Positions 38,802-49,475 of a stretch of 64,000 nt of DNA are shown piece by piece. Made by a program: the position numbers and the translations under genes. Below the pieces are notes generated by a model. The model was given only the letters and a program-made list of their open reading frames with translations. It did not search any database and had not been told where the DNA came from. Within the stretch, counting starts at the first letter, position 1; each line of letters starts with the position of its first letter. Source of the stretch: Lama glama (lineage: Eukaryota); contig CM052818.1 of NCBI GenBank assembly GCA_028534125.1, positions 40,922,001-40,986,000 on the forward strand, written 5' to 3'.

Positions 38802-39619
38802 AAAAAGGGGGCCTATTCACCTCTCCAGGCCTTATCCCATTCAGTGGTGCCCTCCCTGCCTGATCAACACTTTCTGCTCTAGCAAAATATACGTGTGTAC
38901 ATCCTAGTGTATCCCATTATGTTTGACCTGTAGCTTCTCGCCTCTGTGACTTGGAAAGCTTCCACTGTGAAGCCTTCCTATCCTCTTGCACTTTCCTACA
39001 CACCTCAGCTCATACAGGAAGCCTGACCTCAAAGCTGGGCTGAATGCCCCTCTTCCATGCCCTCTTCACACCCTGAACAGGTCTCCAGCATGGTACGAAC
39101 CACGTCCTAGAATAATCCTGTAACATCCCTGGATCTCTTAAGAGTAGGGAAGTGCACCAGCTTTTTGATTTTTGTTAAGACTGACACTAACTCATCTTTG
39201 AATCCCTGGTGTCTAGTACAGTTCCTGCTCACAGTAGACACCCAATAAATCTTCACTCAGTGAATGAATGAGCCCCTTCATCTTTCCAATGGGGAGATGC
39301 CGCTGGTACAATCAAAGGAGCACCAGTGGGAGTTGGGACAGGACATTCTAATATTGTTTGTGAACTGGTTACTTGATTTCCCTGCCCGGGGGGGGGGGCT
39401 TTTTCTAAAAAGGCGAATATGAGAAAACCTACCTGATTGAGCATCCCGAGGTCCACTGCTCAAATTTCCCACCAGTGTACACTTAAGAGTGGAGAGCATC
39501 TGTGGCCTCGGCAGACTAGGGGGCGGCTGAGTTTGAAGTTTCACATTTTATTTAACATTTATGTGAAATTTGTATTATATTCCCAAAAGTGTCTCCTTTT
39601 AAAAATTGAAACATGCATC

Positions 39620-40220
39620 CCAAATTGTCATTGGCCAATGAATGAATGAAGATAATATGATATATACACACAATGAAATATTATTCAGCCTTTAAAAAGG
39701 ATAGAAATCCTTTCATATGCAGCAACAGGGATGGATGTGGAAAACGTTATGCTAAATCAGTCGTAAGAGGACAAGTACTGAATGATTTCACTGATATGAG
39801 GTATCTAAAACCACCAAACTTACAGATACAGAAAATAGAATGTTGGTTGCCAGAGAATGGGGGAGGGAGCAATGGGGAGTTATTTAATGAGCATAAAGTT
39901 GCAGTTATACAAGACGACTCAGTTCTAAAGATGTGCTTACACATAGTGTCCATAGTTAGCGATACGGCGTTGTGCACTTAAACACTTGTTAAGGTGGGCA
40001 GATCTCATGCTAAGTGTTCTAACCACACACACATACAGCAAAGGGACATAAGGAGAATTTTGGAGGTGAAGGATATGTTTATTACCTGATCGTAGTGATG
40101 GTATCATGGGTGTATGTACTGGCCCCACTCATCAAATTGTACACATACTGAATACAACGTACGTTAAATACATACACTTTTGTGTATCTGCTGCAACTCA
40201 GTAAAGCTGAAAAAATGGAA
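39620..40220 (+). mobile_element. L1MA/MB-like 3' end
   Basis: acacaatgaaatattattcagcctttaaaaagg...agatctcatgctaagtgttctaaccac. Confidence 0.78.
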
Positions 40221-40997
40221 ACATGTTTATAATACCTACAGTTAGTTAACTTACTCAACCACCCTTCAGTCTTCAAGTAAAATTAGCATTCTGAGAAGAC
40301 AGACCCTCTTACTCAGTGCTATGCCCAGATCACTACCATGTGGGTGACCAGTTAGAGATGATGAAAGACAAGGAAAGGGCACTGGTCCTGCATTCAGGGA
40401 AGCCTGGATCCAGTTTCAATTCTATTACTTCATGGCTCTGTTACTTTGAGCAAGTTGCTTAACCTTTTTTGGGCTTGGTTGTCGACTCTGTAAAACTGGA
40501 GTGATGGCAACACCCAGGGGCTCATGAGGAGTCAGCAGGAGAGCGCCCAGGACCATCAGTCACACAGTGGGTGCTCACTGTTAGTTCTCTTCCTTCACCA
40601 CTGACCGTCAGGTTCTCTTCACAGACCTCTCCCACCTGCCCCCAGCTTGAGCTCATTTAGCCATCGGAGAATGATGACAAACAGTAGTGGGTCTGAAGTG
40701 CTGGGAGAATTTGGGGTTGCTGTAATGCAAAGCATTTCACAGACACCTGGGGCCACGCCTTCCTCTGCCTCCCTACCTTTAACTCACCGCTCCGATTCAC
40801 TAAGCATCTTACCTCCCATTTCCCCATGTGTAAATTAGGATAATTATACCATCCTTGTGGAGCTTTACTGAGGATTAAATGAGCTAATATGCGTAAAAGT
40901 TTAGCAGCATGCTTATTCCAAATTAGGTACTCGACATGTGGGAAATATCACTCTTACAACAATGTCTTATTGAGAATCCCCATTCACAGAACCTGGA

Positions 40998-41418
40998 TGT
41001 AGCAAGCAGAATAACACTGCCCCCAAAGACGTCTATATTCAAAATCCTGAAATTTGTGAATGTGTTACTTTACATGGCAAAAGGACATGATTAACTGAAG
41101 GACCTTGAGATGGGAAGATTACTTCTGGATTACCCAGATGAACCTAATATAATCAAAGGGTCCTTAAAAGAGTCAGAGAAGGAGATGTGAGAATATATAA
41201 GCAAAAGCAGACAAATTTGAAGATGCTACACTTCTGGATTTGAAGACAGAGGAGGGGCCATGAGCCAAGGAATGCAGACAGCCCCTAGAAGGTAGAAGAA
41301 CCAAGGAAGAGGATTCTCCTCCAGAACTTAGTGAAACCCATATCAGACTTCTGACCTCCAGAACTGTAAGATTATAAATCTGTGTTGTTTTCAGGCACTC
41401 AGTTTGTAGACTGATACA
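40998..41418 (+). mobile_element. MLT1 (C/D-like) MaLR solo LTR
   Basis: tgtagcaagcagaataa...ttacatggcaaaagg...gacttctgacctccagaactgtaagattataaatctgtgttgttt. Confidence 0.8.
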
Positions 41419-43315
41419 CTAGGTGATGACCTTGAACACCGACAACAATGAGCAAACTTTGACCCCTAGATACCATGACAATAGCTGTTCCCCCTCACAC
41501 ATCCCTCATTCTCCCCTCCCCTCCCTACAACCCTCCCCCCTGGAACTGATGCAGTCTGGGGCTGGGAAGGTGCTGCCATGCCTGAAATGTGCTCCTGGGA
41601 ACCACGTTTCTCCTTCTCTGGACAAAAGTAGAGGAAAGAGGTGCAGGGGTGTGTATGCACATGCGTACGTGTGCATGTAGGTGTAGACAAAGGCATTTTC
41701 AAAACTGAAAAGAATATTACACGACAGGGCAATAAGGCATTAATTCAGCCCTGCTCAACTCCAGAATGCCCAACCTGGCAAGCTGAGGATGAAAGGCAGT
41801 TGCCATGGAAACAGCATCCCTTGGCTTCTGCTCGCTGCCTCCTTAGCACAGCTCTGCTGCTGTGCAATCCAGTGACCACCCAGTGCTCGGCAGTTCCTCA
41901 TCACGACAGGGCCCATCTTACTGCGAAGCTGGAGCCCTTCTGCCATTTTACCTCTTTCTAAATTAATAGCATGGATTCTAGAAGCCAGGACATTGGCTTG
42001 AGAACAGGGATGAGAAGCTGCAAGGTACAGTGGGCAGAGCCCTGGATTCAAGATCTCCTCATTAAGTCCTTTCCCCCTAAGCCCCATTTTCCTCTTTGGT
42101 ATGATGAACAGGGGATTGCCCAGAAGGGCCCCGGAGAGCTATTCTAACAACTGAGAGATCAAGTTCACAAGGAGACAACAAATGTAATCCGGGACTGGAG
42201 TGGAACTGAAGAACAGTCAGGCTCATTTCTTAGTGTTGCTGAAAACCAGCCTCCCCAGTGGGGCTGGGGAAGCCCTAAGTGACAGCTGAGTGCCAAAGGA
42301 TGCCTCTCCTTGTGTTATTCCAAGTCCCCATCTGTCTCAGGGGAGTGTCCCACTCCGCGGAAAATCAGACAGGAGAATGGGGGATGAATCCCCGGACGTC
42401 TGTCCATCAGGTGACCCCCAGCTGTTGAGTTCCGAGGGCCTTGCTTCCTGTACTATTTATTCCTCAGGGAACATGTCACACTTTGAAGCCCTGTGCCTAG
42501 CCAGGATGGACTCTGGGGCCCCGGTGACACAAAGCAGGAGAGGCTCCTCCAACCAACCTGATTAGCTTTTCTAAGGACGCTCAGCCAGCTCCTGACTTCA
42601 GGGAGCTGTAGTAAAACCGGGCAGTTGAGACATACATACAAGTAACTGTAATCCAGGATCTACGTGGAGCTCACCCTGGCCAAGTTTGCAATTAGAAAGC
42701 AAACTCACTCGGCTCCATCAGCTCGTGCCACCTACCCCTGCACCACCCATCAGCAACGGGGCGTTTGGAGATGTCACTCTGTCCTTCCCTTCTGTGGGGC
42801 TTGTCACAATGTTGCAGAGAGGGTCCAGGGAGTGAGCAGTGTTGATGGGGCAAGGAGACACTATGCCACTTCCTAACACTTCCTAATAAATACACTGGAG
42901 TTCATCAATTAACCATGAGAGGCCAACGGGAGCCACGGAGCTGGCTGCAGGGCCGCCCGGAGTCAAGAATCAGCGTGTGGCTGCTGGCTTCACTCCGTGA
43001 TGATGTTCGCAGGATGTGAGCGCCTTGTTCCTTTCACCACGACCTCCCAAGGGAGCATGTCACAGGCCAAGAGAACAGCTTGAGTGCAACGCTGAAGATT
43101 GTTTGGTGACTGTAAGCTGCCTGTGGTAGCTAGCACATGGACAAATGCAGAGAGAAAGGAGGTTATCCGGCTCTTCCACAGAGTCTAAGCCACCTCCAAC
43201 CAGCCCTTCCCTGGATTTTTGTTGGCTTTTGTTCAAAGCCTCAGTGTTCCCAGCCTGAGCCAAGGCAATGGATGCTTATTGGACTAAAGCTAATCACAAT
43301 GATCCTGTTCCTTGC

Positions 43316-43316
<1 letters not shown>

Positions 43317-43347
<31 letters not shown>

Positions 43348-43355
43348 TGTTATTA
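43317..43355. repeat. (TTA)n microsatellite
   Basis: Seen directly. Confidence 0.9.
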
Positions 43356-43360
43356 TCACC

Positions 43361-43708
43361 ATGTGATATAGTTTAGGCCAAAGAGAAGAGTAAGTCTGCT
43401 GAAGGTGGGTGGGTAGGAGGCACTTTTTGGAAAACTTGTGATTTCCTGATGAAAGGAGACTGAACCAGCTGGCACCTTTCCCTCTCTCTGGTAGACCTGA
43501 ATAATGATGTGATGCCCGGAACTACAGCAGTCAGTTTGTATCCATGAGTGCAAGGTCAAGAGAATCCCAGAGATATTCAGAAGTCATGATCCAGTACTAA
43601 ACGAATATTCATCTCCAAACTCTTTTATGTGAGAAAAATAAAATCCTGTCTGTTTAAGCCTCTATCTGTTGGAGTTTTGGTTACTCACAGTCAAGCAACT
43701 GAGACACA
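43361..43708 (+). mobile_element. MLT1 (J-like) LTR fragment
   Basis: Ends tgtgagaaaaataaaatcctgtctgtttaagcc...ttggttactcacag. Confidence 0.55.
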
Positions 43709-44148
43709 AGTCTAGTGAAAGGAAATGGAATTTGTAGTTTTTCTAGTGGGCAAAAGGACCCATAAGAGGGCTTATGTTGTTGCTGCTTAAAATTAGTTTA
43801 AAATGAAAAGAAATATATGTATGTTGTGAAAACCTTCAGGCCACAAAGAAGTATAGAGTTTTAGAAGTGAAGGGCCCACTCTCACCAACCCCACTTCTTG
43901 AAGGTAAACATCATGAAGAAGGAGGGATGTGGAGAGAGATGTGTGTGTATTTTGTGAAAATAGGACCATGCTATACATCTCTCTGTATAGTGCTTTGCGG
44001 ATGGCTGTTTTTATTTAATGATACGACATGGACCCTGGAGGCTTTTGAGGAAAGATAGGATATTGTGGGATATACGCTTAAGGAAGATGAAGTTGGTACG
44101 TATTCAGTAATCTATAAATTTGGCACAAACAAAATTAGACAACACCTC

Positions 44149-44193
44149 CAGAAATTGACACAACATTGTAAACTGACTATAACTCAAAATAAG
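44149..44193 (+). mobile_element. Extremely truncated (about 45 bp) L1 3' terminus with TSD
   Basis: cagaaattgacacaacattgtaaactgactataactcaaaataag, flanked by aaaattagacaacacctc and aaaagttaaaacacctc. Confidence 0.7.
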
Positions 44194-46023
44194 AAAAGTT
44201 AAAACACCTCTCCTCTCTCTGAAAAGAAAAAAAGGAGAAACTGAGCTGTACTGGTAACTTCCTAGATGCAGGTGCTATGCTAGACATTTTTATTTAATCC
44301 CAACTCCTCTGTGAGATTATTCTCGTTTCACAAATGAGGAGACAGGCTCCGTCAGAATTGGAACCCAGTTCTATCTGACCCCAAAGCGCCCAGTTCCTCT
44401 GTTTCACCAACAAGCAGTTTCGTACTTTTCCATGGGATGGTCCGTCGTAACTGCCCACGTTTCATGCTGCCAGATGCCAATATTTGAATGGCCTTGATGG
44501 GGAGTCATAATGCAAAGTGAGCACCCAGAGATCCGTCCTGGTGGGTCCTGCTAGGAAGGCAAAATGCTCTGGACCTGATCCTGAGAGCCAGTGCCCCCTT
44601 GGGTGCTGGCCAAAGCCGAGTAAGTGAGGCCGGGCCAAGCTGGCATGGGTTTGGGGGAAAAGAGGGACAGGACGAGAAAGCCAAAGGAAGTGCCGTGGGG
44701 AGCCCATCAGGCTGGCTTCCCTGCCGACTGTTAAGCAATGCTCTTGGGAAAATGACAGCTGGCAGAACTCAGAGTGAGGGGTAATGATGCTGTCGGAGGC
44801 ACTCTCTGGTGCTCAGGGCTGGCAGGATCTGCCAACAGGATTCATTGTGAATATGTAATTTGCTGAACGTTGTTAAGCCAATGTTTCCCCCAGCTGGGAA
44901 GTCTAACAACAGGAAGTGCGATTTCAGTGCCCCCTCCTCTGCTGCCACAAAAGCCAAGGTGGTGAGAGAGCCACTCACTCTTCTGCTGCCCTCAGCTACA
45001 CCCCAGGGGGCGCTGCTCCTGTAGAGGGACTGCCTGGTGAAATGTCCTCCCCACCACAGCCCGGGGAGGGGGACTTCGACCCCAGTTCAGAGCCCAGCTC
45101 TAGTGGGACCTCTTCCACGAAGTATCCTCTGACGACCCCTCCCCGTCATGCTTCCCAGTTCCCCTCCTCTCCGCTTTCCTAACCTTTGTGACCCCCCTGT
45201 TGAAGCACATTTTGCCTTATAGAGTTAACAGTTCATCCCTCAACCCGCAGGACTGGGAGCTCTTTTGGGGCAGGATCTTGTCTGATTGATTTTTTGTCTC
45301 CATTACCCTACAGAGAGCCATTTCAGTGACAGGTGATACTTATGTGTCTGTGGAATGAATGAATGAATTAATAACTGGAGGGGGAAAGATGTATCCTTGG
45401 CCTCCGGGCAACTGGAGGGAAAGTGAGAAGGTGAGTCAGGGAGCTATGCACCAGTAGCTCTGTCCAGCTCTGGGTGGGGAGGGCGGTGGAGGACAGAATT
45501 GAGCAGCTTCCTGTATGGGGCCCCGCCTTCTGTGTGTGTCGGGGGGGCACCTGGGCATCACCGGGAGTGAAGAGTGTCGACACAAAGGAATCACTGGGAC
45601 GCCTGTCCCAGGAAGAAGAGCCCTTAGAGGTAATTTGGTCTTGGCACCTTTCATGATAAGGCCCAGAGATGAGGCGCATCTGGTCTGCAGTCAAAGGGGT
45701 CAGTGGTAGGGCTGGAACTACTTAATGTCTGTTAATGTCCAGCCCAGAGCTCACGCGGCTGCCCAGGCTGCTTCTGTTTGCCAACCCATGGCCATTGTCT
45801 GAATTTGGCCATAACGATCTGAGGAATATAGAGACATGTGTAACTCATCAAACGCTTTCCAAGAATTTCACTCCACTTTTCTATCCATTTCTTTGTTTTT
45901 TTCACAATTCCTATCTTCTACCTCAGTCAGTATTTTCTGTGCACTCATTAAATAACCTGTTGAAGATTCGAGAGGTCACTCTTGCCACAGGTACCATCCA
46001 TGGCCATGCTCTTTCTTGTCCCA

Positions 46024-46523
46024 NNNNNNNNNNNNNNNNNNNNNNNNNNNNNNNNNNNNNNNNNNNNNNNNNNNNNNNNNNNNNNNNNNNNNNNNNNNNN
46101 NNNNNNNNNNNNNNNNNNNNNNNNNNNNNNNNNNNNNNNNNNNNNNNNNNNNNNNNNNNNNNNNNNNNNNNNNNNNNNNNNNNNNNNNNNNNNNNNNNNN
46201 NNNNNNNNNNNNNNNNNNNNNNNNNNNNNNNNNNNNNNNNNNNNNNNNNNNNNNNNNNNNNNNNNNNNNNNNNNNNNNNNNNNNNNNNNNNNNNNNNNNN
46301 NNNNNNNNNNNNNNNNNNNNNNNNNNNNNNNNNNNNNNNNNNNNNNNNNNNNNNNNNNNNNNNNNNNNNNNNNNNNNNNNNNNNNNNNNNNNNNNNNNNN
46401 NNNNNNNNNNNNNNNNNNNNNNNNNNNNNNNNNNNNNNNNNNNNNNNNNNNNNNNNNNNNNNNNNNNNNNNNNNNNNNNNNNNNNNNNNNNNNNNNNNNN
46501 NNNNNNNNNNNNNNNNNNNNNNN
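46024..46523. other. Assembly gap of exactly 500 N
   Basis: Run of n in the sequence. The round size suggests a scaffolding placeholder rather than a measured gap. Confidence 0.99.
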
Positions 46524-47030
46524 TTTCTGATCTTTTCAAGCGATTTGAGAAACAGAAGGAGGTGATCGAAGGCTACCGTGCGAACGAAGAGTCCCTGAAG
46601 CAATGTGTGGAGGGCTACATAGGGAGGATCGAGAAGGAGAGCCAGAGGTACCAGGCGCTGAAGGCCCACGCGGAGGAGAAGCTCCAGCTGGCCAACGAGG
46701 AGATAGCGCAGGTCCGCAGCAAGGCCCAGGCGGAGGCTCTGGCGCTGCAGGCGGTCCTGAGGAAGGAGCAGATGCGGGTCCACTCCCTGGAGAAGGTCGT
46801 GGAGCAGAAGACTAAGGAAAACGATGAACTGACCAGGATCTGTGACGACCTCATTTCCAAGATGGAGAAAATCTGATGGGGAGGTCCTGACCTGTGCCCG
46901 GCTCTCCTGTCTGTGTGTGTGTCTGTCTGACTCTTTTTTCTTTTCTATTAACCTCAACTCGTTTTTAAACTAGGTTGCTTTAGGAAGAAGACTAAATAAA
47001 GTTTCCCTTAAGTCAAAAAAAAAAAAAAAA
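46524..47030 (+). pseudogene. TACC3: Processed TACC3 retrocopy: C-terminal TACC coiled-coil domain, 3' UTR and poly(A); 5' part hidden in the gap
   Basis: 46526-46876 translates [116 protein letters not shown], the TACC3 C-terminus. No introns. AATAAA at 46995-47000 and an A16 tail at 47015-47030. Confidence 0.93.
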
Positions 47031-47512
47031 GGCCTTTAGGTTCTTCCAGCTTCCCTGGCTTCTTTGGAGATGGCCTGGCAGTGGCTGTCGAGTCATCTCT
47101 TTGGCAAATCTGGGGGGATCCATGCAGTAAGGTTTGGTGGGGCTGAATGTCTGCTTGGATTTTCCCAACCACAGAAACTCTTACTGAGGGTCCTACATTT
47201 ACACCCAGCTTTCCCCCAGGGTCCCCTGATGAAGGAGTGATGGGACGTTTGTGGAGGGAGAAGGGGGAATTTATACTTGGGACACCTTGAGAGGGGGAGA
47301 TCCTTGCTGGGCAGTCCCCCACACAAGCCACAGGGATCACACAGGGGTCAAGCACCCTCTGTGGCCACCCTCTGCTGCCCTCCTCAGGGTTGAGAGATTC
47401 AGCCCCAGCAAAGGGTCACGTTGCAAAGAGATTTTTTTTCCCAAAGGAGGCCAAAGTCAAAGAAGGCAAAAACTCTCAAAACACCCATCCTTTCCCCAGT
47501 CCTTACACATGT

Positions 47513-47515
47513 ATA

Positions 47516-47556
<41 letters not shown>

Positions 47557-47562
47557 ACACAC
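47513..47562. repeat. Interrupted (CA)n microsatellite
   Basis: Seen directly. Confidence 0.9.
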
Positions 47563-48180
47563 CCCCCAGGGGGAAGGACAAGGCTTGGCAAATTCCCACC
47601 CCTGGTGACTGACAGCATCTTGCCTCACATTTGCTCACCTGTGTGATGTGATGTGAATTTCAGCACATAAAGTTCCCTTCTACAGACCTTGAAATGTCAC
47701 CATTATTACTTTGACTTTCCTGCTAAACTATAAATCTCTTAGCATGGTGCAGACCGTAAGTCTAATCGGTCATTGACAGGTTAGTATAAAGAAACTGATT
47801 AGAAACATTTGGGGAGCAGGTTTGGGTGAGGGAATGGCAAGAATGGAGTAGAAGGCATGGCGCAGGGACTCTGCAGAGAGAAGAAGGCAAGGAGAAGTGG
47901 GAAGGGGGCGATGCTGGCTCATTTCATAGTTGGAGTCACCACTGTCCTCTTCAGAATAATCCTCCAAACTTCATCCTAGCCTGAAAAAAGTCTACTTCTT
48001 GGCCCAGTTCAAGCCCCACTTCCTGGATAAAGCCAGCCCCAGAGCAGCTGTACAGGAGTGTCCACTGCGTATTTCTTACAGGCACGTTCACCCTCCATTT
48101 TCTCTCTATACAAGCTTGGTCTCCCAGCCTAGTGACTGAACACAACAATGTGTGTGGCGCATTGCTACCTCCACCACTGA

Positions 48181-48460
48181 GATAAAGAAACTGAGGCTCA
48201 GAGAGTTTGTGTAATTTGTCCCAGGTCACACAGCAAAGGCCAGAGCTGGGAGTTAAAGGCTGTACACAACTCAGCCGTTCATTGGTGGTGTGACCTTAGA
48301 CAGGTTACTGCTCTGTTCATGCTCGGTTGCCTCATCTGCCAAATGGAGACAGAAATGGTACCGGGTATAAAAGGCTGTGGTATGAATTAAATGAATTAGT
48401 ACACAGAACACACATGGAGTAATGCCTGGCATACAGTAGGTGCTCCATAAGTGTTTGCTA
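48181..48460. mobile_element. Two MIR SINE fragments in opposite orientation
   Basis: gaaactgaggctcagagag...aggtcacacagc (minus), then gtgtgacctt...cctcatctgccaaatgg...attaaatga (plus). Confidence 0.7.
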
Positions 48461-49317
48461 CTATCATTCTTGTGCTTGTCCTTGTTCTTGTTACTAATCT
48501 CCTGGACACGCAGTAGAAACTCAGCAACTATTAGCTCCCTTTCCTTTATCTCTCTGAAAACTGCCATCAGGACCAGAAAAGTGTCACAACCGCTTGTTTA
48601 ACGGAACAAAGGTTTTCGTGCTCCTCGGGAAAAAGAGCCAACACAGACATGACTGGATCAAAGCAAGCAGCGTCCGGGGCTGTGGCCCTTGTCTGGCTAG
48701 AGTTCAGAGAAGACTCCTTGGAAACGCACAGTGGGGACAGAGAGCCAAGGCCCTGTCACCCGGATGCTTCCCGTCCCACATCACTGACACGTTGCGATCC
48801 AGCGTCATGTTCTCGGTCCTCGACAGGGCTGTTCTGATAAAGGGCTGACTAATGGGCAGGAAGGGGAACCTTTTGCCAACGTGCTTGTTTCCATTAGATT
48901 ATGGATGTATTTTTAGTGTGGCGGAGAGATATCTAGGATCTTGCCTTGCAAGATGATTTTGAGACCTAGGACTAGGAAGAAATAAATCTTAGAGCCCCTC
49001 CCCTCCCCAAATCGCAAATGCTTGCTGCTGTCAGTAGTTCCTTCTTTCTGTTGCCAGCTGGCTCAGTATGTTACGATGTGGCTCAAGTATTATTTCTTCT
49101 GAGAAGCCCCCTGGAGCCTCTTCCCAGCACTACCCATTTTTCACCCCTTCAAGCACGTTTACCTCATTGCATCATCATCGTCAGTTTACTTGACAGTCTT
49201 CCCCACTGACTAAGCTCACTGAAGATAAGAGCCATGGCTATTGGTTCATTTCAACATCTCCAGCTCTTAATTTGGGACTTGTGCAGAGAGAGGCTCAATA
49301 ATGTTTTAATGAATAAA

Positions 49318-49475
49318 TGTGTGGATAGGTAAATGGTTGGATGGATGGATGGATGGATGAATAAACGAATGGATGGATGGATAAATGGGTGGACTGATGA
49401 ATAAATGGTGGATGGGTGTATAAATGGGTGGACTGGTAGAAAAATGGATGGGTGGGTGGATGGACAGATGGAAGG
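49318..49475. repeat. Degenerate (GGAT)n repeat
   Basis: Seen directly. Confidence 0.85.

Noticed and set aside
45735..46957. Long ORFs of 182-344 aa spanning the gap
   Set aside because: Artefacts of translating N runs; only the TACC3 frame 46526-46876 is real.
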